A stretch of 53,902 bases of DNA from Candidatus Hydrogenedentota bacterium (GTDB lineage: Bacteria; Hydrogenedentota; Hydrogenedentia; Hydrogenedentales; SLHB01). Location of the stretch: assembly GCA_045863335.1 (NCBI GenBank), contig BTVY01000050.1, positions 1 through 53,902 on the forward strand, read 5' to 3'. Positions 17,450 to 26,026 of this stretch are shown here, in pieces. The position numbers and the translations under genes are program-made. Each line of letters starts with the position of its first letter. Position 1 is the first letter of the stretch. The notes beneath the pieces are model-generated. The model was given only the letters and a program-made list of their open reading frames with translations, made no database searches and was not told where the DNA came from.

Positions 17450-20065
17450 GTGATGAGCGTTCCGAATACCGAGATTCCGCAAAAATACGAACCCGAGAGT
17501 CTCGAAGGCCGCTGGCGGAAGGAGTGGGAAGACAATGGGGTCTATGCATGGGATCCGGCGAAGGGCCGCGATGAGACCTTCGTCGTCGACACGCCGCCGC
17601 CCACGGTAAGCGGATCGCTGCACGTCGGTCATCTCTTCAGCTACTCCCATCAAGACTTTATCGTGCGTTTCCAGCGAATGAGCGGGAAAAACATCTTCTT
17701 TCCCATCGGTTGGGACGACAACGGTTTGCCCACGGAACGTCGCGTCCAGAACCTTTACAACGTCAAGTGCGAGCCGCACTTACATTACGACCCCGAGTTC
17801 AAGGGCGAGCGCGGACGAAAGGGCGATCCGCTGCCCATCAGCCGGCGCAATTTCATCGAGTTGTGTCAGGTCGTCACGCGTGAAGACGAAGAGGCGTTCC
17901 GGCACCTTTGGAGCCGTTTGGGTCTCTCGTACGACTGGGATCAGGAATACGCCACCATCGACGAACACTGCCGGCGTATCTCGCAATTGAGCTTCCTCGA
18001 ATTGCTGGAGAATGGGGAGGTTTACCAAGCCGAGCGCCCGGTGATGTGGGACGTCGATTTCCGCACCGCCATCGCCCAGGCGGAAGTCGAGGATCGCGAG
18101 CGGCCGAGCGCGTTCCATTTCCTGCGCTTCGGCGTCGAAGGCAGCGAAGAGAAGATTGTCATCGCGACGACGCGCCCCGAACTGCTCGCCGCGTGCGTCG
18201 CGGTGCTGGTCCATCCCGAAGATGATCGATACACCCACCTCGTGGGCAAGAATGCGGTTACGCCCCTGTTCCACGCGCCGGTCCCCATTATGGCGGACCC
18301 CAAGGCCGATCCCGAGAAGGGAACCGGTATTGTCATGGTCTGTACCTTTGGCGACCAGACGGACATGGAATGGGTCCGCGAGTACAGCCTGCCAATTCGG
18401 CAAGTCCTGGATCGCGACGGCCATCTCCTGCCGGTGCGATTCGGTGCGCCGGGGTCGGATCATCTCTTCGTGAGCCTGAATTTGGATGCCGCCAACGAAG
18501 TCTATGGCCAAGTACAGGGACTCTACGTAAAGCAGGCTCAGAAACGGATAGTAGAGATCGCCAATACGACCGACGGCGTCATCGATCGTCCGAGCCAGGA
18601 CATTACCCACGCGGTGAAATTCTTCGAGAAGGGAGACCGTCCGCTCGAACTCATTCCCGCGCGGCAATGGTTCACGCGCATCCTCGATCACAAGGAAGCG
18701 CTCGTTGGCCAGGGGCGCAAGATTCAGTGGCATCCCAAGCACATGGGTATTCGCTACGAACACTGGGTTGAAGGTTTGAACCAGGACTGGTGCATGAGCC
18801 GCCAGCGGTTTTTCGGAGTGCCGATACCGGTCTGGTACAAGATTGATGCGGATGGCCGCGTCCTCTACGACGAACGCATCGTGCCGGGCGCGGAATCGCT
18901 TCCCATCGATCCCTTGGATGACGTGCCGCCCGGATACACGCAAGAGCAACGCGACGAGCCGAACGGCTTCACCGGCGACCCGGATGTCTTCGACACGTGG
19001 GCCACAAGTTCGCTTACGCCCCAAATCGCCACGCATTGGCTCCTGAATGGGGAGCGGCACGGCAAGCTATTCCCGATGGACGTGCGTCCGCAAAGCCATG
19101 AGATCATCCGGACCTGGGCGTTTTACACCATCGTCAAGGCCTATTTGCACGAGAACGAGATTCCCTGGCGCAACGTCGTCATCAGCGGATGGATTCTCGA
19201 CCCCGACCGCAAGAAGATGTCCAAAAGCCAGGGGAACGTCGTTACGCCCGAGCCGCTCATCGATCAGTTCGGTGCGGACGCCGTCCGCTACTGGGCCGCT
19301 CGCGCGCGCTTGGGCGTCGACACGGCGTACGACGAGCAGGTGTTCAAGGTGGGCAAACGCCTTTGCACAAAGTTATTCAATGCCAGCAAGTTCGCAATCG
19401 GCCGGTTTGAGGGCATCGACCCCGCGCTGCTCGGCCCGGAAAGGGTCGTCACCGAGACGGACCGTGCTGTGATCCAGGAATTGCGTCCCATGATCGAGCG
19501 CGCGACGGCGGTCTTCGAGCAGTTCGACTACGCACAAGCCTTGTCGTTGATTGAGGACTTCTTCTGGCGCACGTTCTGCGACAACTTCCTCGAACTCGCC
19601 AAACCGCGAACCTATGACGAAGAACTGACCGAGGGGCGCTTGTCCGCCGCGTCGGCCTTGCGCCTCGCACATCGCGCGCTGGTTCGGATGCTCGCGCCGT
19701 TTCTGCCGTACCTCGCAGAGGAGGTCTGGCACTGGTGCTACAGCGCGGACGAGGGGATGCACAGCTCCGTCCACCGGAGTCCCTGGCCGTCGCTCTCCGA
19801 GTTCGAATCGATTCCAGCGCCAGTGACGATGGAAACCTACGATGCCACCATCGCGGTGATCGATGCTGTTCGGAAGGCCAAGGCCGAGTCGAATCTCAGC
19901 ATGAAGGCGCCCGTCAAGGGAGTCGCCATTGAAGGGAGCGCGGACGTACTCCGCGCCATCGAAACGACGCGCGACGACGTCATGCGCATGCTTCACATCG
20001 AGACCTTTGACGCGCAGGAAGGCAAAGTAGAACTTGGCCTCGTCGAGGTATCCGTAACGCTGTAG
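17450..20065 (+). CDS. valS: Valine--tRNA ligase (type-2 / archaeal-like subfamily)
   Basis: DTPPPTVSGSLHVGH, GWDDNGLPTE, TTRPEL, DWCMSRQR, KMSKS; no C-terminal coiled-coil arm. Confidence 0.95.
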   Translation: MMSVPNTEIPQKYEPESLEGRWRKEWEDNGVYAWDPAKGRDETFVVDTPPPTVSGSLHVGHLFSYSHQDFIVRFQRMSGKNIFFPIGWDDNGLPTERRVQNLYNVKCEPHLHYDPEFKGERGRKGDPLPISRRNFIELCQVVTREDEEAFRHLWSRLGLSYDWDQEYATIDEHCRRISQLSFLELLENGEVYQAERPVMWDVDFRTAIAQAEVEDRERPSAFHFLRFGVEGSEEKIVIATTRPELLAACVAVLVHPEDDRYTHLVGKNAVTPLFHAPVPIMADPKADPEKGTGIVMVCTFGDQTDMEWVREYSLPIRQVLDRDGHLLPVRFGAPGSDHLFVSLNLDAANEVYGQVQGLYVKQAQKRIVEIANTTDGVIDRPSQDITHAVKFFEKGDRPLELIPARQWFTRILDHKEALVGQGRKIQWHPKHMGIRYEHWVEGLNQDWCMSRQRFFGVPIPVWYKIDADGRVLYDERIVPGAESLPIDPLDDVPPGYTQEQRDEPNGFTGDPDVFDTWATSSLTPQIATHWLLNGERHGKLFPMDVRPQSHEIIRTWAFYTIVKAYLHENEIPWRNVVISGWILDPDRKKMSKSQGNVVTPEPLIDQFGADAVRYWAARARLGVDTAYDEQVFKVGKRLCTKLFNASKFAIGRFEGIDPALLGPERVVTETDRAVIQELRPMIERATAVFEQFDYAQALSLIEDFFWRTFCDNFLELAKPRTYDEELTEGRLSAASALRLAHRALVRMLAPFLPYLAEEVWHWCYSADEGMHSSVHRSPWPSLSEFESIPAPVTMETYDATIAVIDAVRKAKAESNLSMKAPVKGVAIEGSADVLRAIETTRDDVMRMLHIETFDAQEGKVELGLVEVSVTL

Positions 20066-20081
20066 TCGCGGCGCGAGAGTC

Positions 20082-20111
20082 GTTCGTGTTGGTCCGTGTA
20101 AGTCCGTGTTG
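20082..20111. repeat. Three copies of a 10-bp tandem repeat
   Basis: gttcgtgttg gtccgtgtaa gtccgtgttg. Confidence 0.7.
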
Positions 20112-20149
20112 TCTGCAAAGCGCTACCGTCAAGAGGGGAGGAGAGATCC

Positions 20150-20386
20150 ATGGCCGAACCCGAGATTCCCGATCGCAAACCCGCTGTGCTCGAACTCGAC
20201 TGCGGGTCCTATTGGTGGTGCCGATGCGGGCGCTCGAAGACCCAACCCTGGTGCGACGGCTCCCACAAAGGCACCGAGTTTTCACCCGTCGAACTCACCA
20301 TAACCGAGAAACGTCGCTACGCCATCTGCGTCTGCAAACACTCCGGCAACTCGCCCTTCTGCGACGGCAACCACAAGAACGTGTGA
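20150..20386 (+). CDS. CDGSH iron-sulfur protein with two CDGSH motifs (MiNT/CISD3-like)
   Basis: WCRCGRSKTQPWCDGSH and ICVCKHSGNSPFCDGNH; strong RBS. Confidence 0.93.
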   Translation: MAEPEIPDRKPAVLELDCGSYWWCRCGRSKTQPWCDGSHKGTEFSPVELTITEKRRYAICVCKHSGNSPFCDGNHKNV

Positions 20387-20397
20387 CGGGGCTGGCG

Positions 20398-20494
20398 AGA
20401 GACAACAAGGACGGCAGAAACAACGGCGACATCCGAGAGCGATCTGGAAACTGAATCAAATGTCCCTTATGTCCTTGGTGTCTCTGTTGTCCCT
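20398..20494. repeat. Inverted pair of 9-bp tandem arrays
   Basis: Left arm agagacaac aaggacggc agaaacaac ggcgaca. Right arm tgtccctta tgtccttgg tgtctctgt tgtccct (reverse complement of similar units). Confidence 0.65.
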
Positions 20495-20554
20495 TTGACC
20501 ATGCGCTGAGCCGCCTACTTGAGGCAACGGTACCCACCCGATATCATACGCGCC

Positions 20555-22750
20555 ATGCACGACACGGAAACCGACACGCCATCCCCGTTTGACGAGACCA
20601 TCCCGCTGCTCGGACCTATTGTCAAACTCCAGATCGGCGCGCAGGCTTTCTTTCTTGCGATGCTGTTCGGAGCGGTGACAACTTCGACGCTCACTTACAG
20701 TTTACTTGGCGGATTCCTGGGCGCGAATGCAGTGCTGATTCACAGCATCCTGCTGGCATTCATTGCAGTGCAATACACCTGGCTGCGGAACTCCGCGTTG
20801 TACCGTCCACTCCTGAAAGGAATAGAGGAATCGCCGCAAGTTCGCGCCGATCGTTGGGTTCGATTCGCATTTCTTCTCGTGTTTCTCGTATGCATCAACG
20901 TGTTCGTGACGAGTCTTCGCGGGTATTCGCACTGGGGCGTGGTCTCGGGGCACGATTCACCGCAGTACTATGCCTATCTCCACTCCTGGGTTTTCGACCA
21001 AGACCTGAACTTCGAGAATGAGTTGAAGGCTATTCCCGGTGTGTGGGAACTCATGAACGACGCCCATCCCGAGCGGCCTGAGTACAACGTCGCCCCCATC
21101 GGGACGGCTGTGGTGTGGTTGCCGTTCTACCTGGCGGGCCACGTGCTCATGGTGTTGCTTTCCGGGATGGGGTTTGAAGTGCCCACGAACGGCATCTCTA
21201 GCCCATATGCCATGGCGGCCGCGTTCGGCAGCCACTTCGCCGTCTTCGTCGGGATGCTGCTGCTGTATCGCTCCCTTCGCAATTGGTTCGCGACTCGGAC
21301 AGCATTCTTTGCGACCCTGCTGGTCTGGCTCGCCTCGCCACTGATCTGGTACCTGACCGATCAGCCGTGGATGTCTCATGCCTGTTCGTTCTTTGCAGCG
21401 GCGCTCGTGCTTTGGTTGTGGTTGCGGAACCGCGAGAACCGGCATTGGTCCGGGTGGACCCTGCTCGGCGCGGCGATCGGTCTCGCCATGCTGGTGCGGC
21501 CCAGCCATGTCGTGCTTCTGGTGTTGCCTATCGCCGATCTCGTGCTCGCTGCGAAAGAGAAGAGGTCAATTGGATCGAGCGTGGGAGGGGTGGCACTTGC
21601 CGTGGCCGCGACGCTTGTCGTGTTCACGTGGCAGTTGGCCACGTGGTGGTTGCGCTATGGCACGGAGCCGCCGCCCGGTTCGCCCATGCAATGGGCGCAG
21701 CCCGCGATCTCTCAGATTCTGTTTTCCGCCCACCACGGTTTGTTCGCGTTGCATCCCGTGCTGGTTTTCGGGTTTATCGGAATCATCCCGCTATGGCGGC
21801 GGGCACGCGGCGTTGCCATTTGCATGGCGATTCTGCTCGCGGCATACGTCTACATGAATGCCGCGATCGCAAGCTGGTTCGGCGGGGGATCCTTCGGCAT
21901 GCGGCGTTTCGTGGGGGTATTGCCGTTCATGGCGCCCGGCATCGCCGCCTTTGGCGCGTGGTTCATTGCGTTTTCGCGGAAGCGGCCTGCGGTACCTGTT
22001 GCCGCGGTCGTCCTCATGCTGACCATCTACAACGCAACTCTCGTCATCCAGTACCGGCAGGGGTGGTCGCACTTTCTTCGTCCCGTTCCGTTTCAACAGA
22101 TTTGGTCGTCTTCCGCCGCCATCTTCCACGACACCTTCGGCAATCCCTTCTCCTATCCCGCGAACCTCTGGTTTGCTTTCAAGCACGACGTGTCGCCTTC
22201 GCAATACGATGTCGCGCTGGGCGTCCCGCCAGATGCCGAACTGGACGTGCAAGGCGTGTCTCTGAAACCGTACCTTGGCAAAGGATGGCAGAAGAACATC
22301 CGCTTCGCGTCACTGTTGAACGGCGCGTTCCCAGCGGAAGATTTCGAGTCGCGCCTGTTCATCTACGGCATTGAAGGGCATGCGTATCACGTCGGTTTGT
22401 CCATGTCGCTTCCCAACGAAATGCAACACGATCAGTTCGTCGGCTTTGCCTTCAATGGGGAGCCCATCGGCTCCGCCACGCTCGAGCCCGGCCGTCAATC
22501 GGAGTTGACGCTGAGTGTGCCTGGCAATCTGACGAAGGATGGTTTGAATACACTCACGTTGTACTTTGAGAACCGAATCGAGAAAGAACGGGAGGGATCC
22601 CAGACCGGGACGGAAGGGTACGGGCTTGAAATGAAGACGCGCCGGAAGTATCCCGCCTGCGCCTTGTTGTGGCGCCTACGCGTCGCGACGGATTACGGCG
22701 ACGGCGTGCCGTGGCAGACGGAAGAGCAACCCTCACCGCAGTCCGAGTAG
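20555..22750 (+). CDS. Polytopic membrane glycosyltransferase, GT-C fold (PMT/ArnT-like)
   Basis: HDSPQYYAYLHSWVFDQDLNFENE loop, many TM segments, GGSFGMRRF, periplasmic C-terminal beta domain; start uncertain. Confidence 0.7.
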   Translation: MHDTETDTPSPFDETIPLLGPIVKLQIGAQAFFLAMLFGAVTTSTLTYSLLGGFLGANAVLIHSILLAFIAVQYTWLRNSALYRPLLKGIEESPQVRADRWVRFAFLLVFLVCINVFVTSLRGYSHWGVVSGHDSPQYYAYLHSWVFDQDLNFENELKAIPGVWELMNDAHPERPEYNVAPIGTAVVWLPFYLAGHVLMVLLSGMGFEVPTNGISSPYAMAAAFGSHFAVFVGMLLLYRSLRNWFATRTAFFATLLVWLASPLIWYLTDQPWMSHACSFFAAALVLWLWLRNRENRHWSGWTLLGAAIGLAMLVRPSHVVLLVLPIADLVLAAKEKRSIGSSVGGVALAVAATLVVFTWQLATWWLRYGTEPPPGSPMQWAQPAISQILFSAHHGLFALHPVLVFGFIGIIPLWRRARGVAICMAILLAAYVYMNAAIASWFGGGSFGMRRFVGVLPFMAPGIAAFGAWFIAFSRKRPAVPVAAVVLMLTIYNATLVIQYRQGWSHFLRPVPFQQIWSSSAAIFHDTFGNPFSYPANLWFAFKHDVSPSQYDVALGVPPDAELDVQGVSLKPYLGKGWQKNIRFASLLNGAFPAEDFESRLFIYGIEGHAYHVGLSMSLPNEMQHDQFVGFAFNGEPIGSATLEPGRQSELTLSVPGNLTKDGLNTLTLYFENRIEKEREGSQTGTEGYGLEMKTRRKYPACALLWRLRVATDYGDGVPWQTEEQPSPQSE

Positions 22751-23557
22751 TCCCGACAACGCTTCCACGTCTCCCGGCGCGTATCCCGAGTAGTGGCTGT
22801 TGACGTAGCCGAACACGGGTTTTCCGAGGGCGAGCAGCTTCTGTACCAGCGGCACCCACTGTTCCAGGTCCGCCCGCCGGTCGAGTACGTGTTCCCCCCA
22901 GGTCGTCGTGATCTTCTCGATCGCATACCGGTCGCCCAGCCAGCGGATGTAGGCGAAGTCTCCTGTTGCGATGCCGTCGATTCGCGCGAGTTGTCCCGGC
23001 CGGTGCATCCAGGGATGATCGATTAGCGCGAGGGTGACCTTGTGCTCTGCCAACAGGTCGGTTAGCCGTCGGTTGATCCACGTCTTATTACGCACCTCGA
23101 CTACCCAGTGCCGGTGTCTGTCGGGAAGTTGCTTGAGAAAAGGCCCCAGCCTCCGCAGGTAGTCGTCTTGTGTGACCTGCCGCTTCTTCGCGTAGTACGG
23201 AAACTGGAATACGATAGGTCCCAATCTCGGGCCAAGCACATCCATGGTATCCAGGAACTCGGCCAATTCCCGTTCGCACTTGTCCAGGAACTTCTCGTGG
23301 GTGATAACTTGCGGCGCCTTTGCAGCGAAGATGAAGTCCGGCGGAGTCCGGTCGCGCCAGCCTTCGACCGTCGACCGTCGGGGTGTCCCGTAGAAGGTCG
23401 AGTCGACCTCCACGGAGTTAAATCGTTGCGCGTACTCCTGGATATAGTCAGGAGCTTTTGTATCCGCGCCATAGATCTTCCCGATCCAGTCGCGGGTACT
23501 CCAACTGCATGTACCCAAACGGATTGCGGGGTTATGTGCTTTTGATTGCGATTGCAT
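22733..23557 (-). CDS. DUF72 (YecE-like) protein
   Basis: LGTCSWS, VEVDSTFYG, KAPQVITHE, FQFP, VEVR, YIRWLG. Confidence 0.9.
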   Translation of the reverse strand: MQSQSKAHNPAIRLGTCSWSTRDWIGKIYGADTKAPDYIQEYAQRFNSVEVDSTFYGTPRRSTVEGWRDRTPPDFIFAAKAPQVITHEKFLDKCERELAEFLDTMDVLGPRLGPIVFQFPYYAKKRQVTQDDYLRRLGPFLKQLPDRHRHWVVEVRNKTWINRRLTDLLAEHKVTLALIDHPWMHRPGQLARIDGIATGDFAYIRWLGDRYAIEKITTTWGEHVLDRRADLEQWVPLVQKLLALGKPVFGYVNSHYSGYAPGDVEALSGLLGLR

Positions 23558-23583
23558 GGGTTTTATTGGATTTCGCAGTGCCC

Positions 23584-23613
23584 TTGCCGGATTCGACCTG
23601 TAGATGGTATCCT
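23584..23613 (+). promoter_or_regulatory. Candidate sigma70-type promoter for flagellin
   Basis: TTGCCG-N18-TATCCT with extended TG; no sigma28 GCCGATAA box seen. Confidence 0.4.
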
Positions 23614-23660
23614 ACCTTATGGCGTAAGAGGAAGCTTTCTGAACGGGGAGTCTTCGCACT

Positions 23661-24470
23661 ATGGGACTGCGAATCAATTCCAACGAACCTGCGTTGTTCA
23701 TTCAGCGGCAGACGCAGCAGACATCGAACGCGTTGTTGCGGGGGCTGGAACAGCTTGCCACAGGGCAGCGTATCAATCGCGGCGCCGACGACGCGGCGGG
23801 TCTGGCTATCGTAGAGCGGTTTCGCGCGCAGGTCAATCAGCTCAACCAGGAAGTTTCCAATCTACAGTCCGGGGTGAATGTGGTCCAGACCGCTGACGGC
23901 GCACTTGGGACTCAGGAGGAAGCCGTGCAGCGCGTCAGGGAATTGGCATTGCAAGCGTCCAATGGAACGCTCACCGACGACCAACGGGCAGCCCTGAACC
24001 AGGAAGCGCAACAACTCCTCGAGCAGATTGACGAAACGGCGGCCCACACCGAGTTTAATGGCCGGACCCTTCTGGACGGTAGCGCCACGAATGTTGAACT
24101 CGGTGTCGAAGGTGACATCGAAGTCAATATCAACGAGTCGACGACGACGTCTTTGGGCATCAACGGAGTCGACCTGTCCACGCAGGCCGGCGCGCAGAGC
24201 GCGATTCAGGATCTGGATGACGCACTCAGCAGCATCCAGGAGAACCGGGCCAATCTTGGAGCGCAGGAGAACCGCTTCACGCGCGCCATCGACGTCCGGG
24301 AAACGGAATCCCTGAATACGGCCGGGGCCGAATCGCGCATCCGCGACCTGGATATTGCGCGACAGACCATCGAACAGTCCCGTAACTCGATTCTACTGCA
24401 AGGGGGGCTCGCCGCTCTCGTGCAGTCGAACGTGCTCGGGCAAAACGCGGCGCGCCTGCTCGGATCGTGA
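23661..24470 (+). CDS. fliC: Flagellin (minimal, D0/D1 only)
   Basis: LRINSN, LATGQRINRGADDAAGLAI, QTADGAL, QRVRELALQASNGT, FNGRTLL, RANLGAQENR, SRIRDLD. Confidence 0.88.
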   Translation: MGLRINSNEPALFIQRQTQQTSNALLRGLEQLATGQRINRGADDAAGLAIVERFRAQVNQLNQEVSNLQSGVNVVQTADGALGTQEEAVQRVRELALQASNGTLTDDQRAALNQEAQQLLEQIDETAAHTEFNGRTLLDGSATNVELGVEGDIEVNINESTTTSLGINGVDLSTQAGAQSAIQDLDDALSSIQENRANLGAQENRFTRAIDVRETESLNTAGAESRIRDLDIARQTIEQSRNSILLQGGLAALVQSNVLGQNAARLLGS

Positions 24471-25982
24471 CGGGAGATCGGCCGCGTAATACGCGTGCAG
24501 CAGGTGGATAGGCCGTCGTCCCCGTAGTCGATATCGCGCGATTCGCAAATCTGCTTCCGAATGGGCTTCCTCGAACTGGCGTGCAATCCTGCCGCTTCCC
24601 ACGAGCAACAACCAGGCTGGCTTTCCCGCCTTCACCCGCGCGATGGCTTGTTGCACCGAATCTTCGCCCATCACGATCTTCGAGGAATCCAGTTCAGCGT
24701 AATAGGCAAACGCGAGCCCCGACTCGAAACGGTCCTCGAGGTAAACGAACTCATTGCCGCGGCTTCGTTGTTGAATGATTTCGTGAGCCGACTTCAGGTC
24801 TGGCCGCATGGGACGGGGAAACGGTGCCGAGACCAGGAAGAACCCGGCGCACAGCAGAACGACGAGCGCCCACCTCATGCGCTGGGACGATATGGCGTCT
24901 ACTCCGCCGCCTGCGAGAACGAAGATCGGAAGCCCGCAATGGATGACGTAGCGCTCCACATAGCAGGGGCGCACTATTGCGGATAGCATGACGAGTAGCA
25001 GGACCGGGACGAGACACCAAAGTACAAGCAATAGCGTCCCGGCCGCTTGGTGTAGCGCGTCGCCGTTCGATCCGGAGCGCCCTTTCTGGTCGCGATACGA
25101 ACGCCAAACGCGCCATGCGACGCAGCACCAGATCAGGCCGCCGAGCAGGTGCGACCATAGAGATTTGGCGTTTCGAGGCAAGAAGCCGTGGGTCGCGTCG
25201 AATTCGGTCCCGGTCAATACGGTCCAAAATGTATCGAGGATCATCCAGCCTGCCGGTTGATCGATCCAGGCCAGATGCTCTTCGACACCTTCGTCGGGTA
25301 CGCCGAATATCCACCAAGCCAACGGTATCAGATACAGCGCCTGGAACGCCGTCCACAGCAATACGACCCGGAACTGGCGCCGGAATATCCACAGCAGGGT
25401 CAGCCCTTGTAGAAACAGGACCGACGTCCCGAGAATGTGGGTCCACACGAGAAGCCCGTTTGCAATCCAATTCGCGAGCCACCAGTAGCGGCTTGTACCC
25501 GCCACCGCGCGTTCCAGGGTTAGTACCGATGCCGCGGCAAGCGGGATCATCAGGGCGTACATGCGAATTTCCTGGGCATAGTAGATTTGGCTTATCGCCA
25601 TGGCAGTACAAAATGCCGCTGCAGCTCCGGCCCCGGAAGAGTAGACGTTTCTGCCCAGCCACCACACTGCGGCGACGGTCGCCAAACCCATTAACACCGA
25701 CAGGATTCGCAAGCCGTACTCGGACGCCCAGACACGGTGCCACCAGTGGTATTCCAGGAAAAAATAGAGCGGTACGATAGCCGGATCGAGCAGGCGTTCC
25801 TCGTCGAGAAACTCGGCAAATGAAGGAGCGTCGATGACTTGTACGCTCACGACTTCGTCGTACCAGAGTGACTCGTCTTCAAGCCGGTACAGACGAAGGA
25901 ACGCAGCCAGCACCAAAATGGCCAGGAGTACAATCCAGTGTCGCCGTTTGCCGGGATGCCGTGTGCCCGCGTATGTCACCAT
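24393..25982 (-). CDS. GT39/GT83-like membrane glycosyltransferase (GT-C)
   Basis: LRLYRLEDESLWYDE, PLYF, SEYGLRILS, YAQEIRMYA, ERYV. Confidence 0.8.
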   Translation of the reverse strand: MVTYAGTRHPGKRRHWIVLLAILVLAAFLRLYRLEDESLWYDEVVSVQVIDAPSFAEFLDEERLLDPAIVPLYFFLEYHWWHRVWASEYGLRILSVLMGLATVAAVWWLGRNVYSSGAGAAAAFCTAMAISQIYYAQEIRMYALMIPLAAASVLTLERAVAGTSRYWWLANWIANGLLVWTHILGTSVLFLQGLTLLWIFRRQFRVVLLWTAFQALYLIPLAWWIFGVPDEGVEEHLAWIDQPAGWMILDTFWTVLTGTEFDATHGFLPRNAKSLWSHLLGGLIWCCVAWRVWRSYRDQKGRSGSNGDALHQAAGTLLLVLWCLVPVLLLVMLSAIVRPCYVERYVIHCGLPIFVLAGGGVDAISSQRMRWALVVLLCAGFFLVSAPFPRPMRPDLKSAHEIIQQRSRGNEFVYLEDRFESGLAFAYYAELDSSKIVMGEDSVQQAIARVKAGKPAWLLLVGSGRIARQFEEAHSEADLRIARYRLRGRRPIHLLHAYYAADLPSRSEQARRVLPEHVRLHESGEPPLQ

Positions 25983-26026
25983 TCGGGGGACTTTCCTCGG
26001 ACTGCGTTACGTTCACCAGACACGAA

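Noticed and set aside
20082-20494. Possible CRISPR array
   Set aside because: Units are 9-10 bp and contiguous, with no spacers and no cas genes
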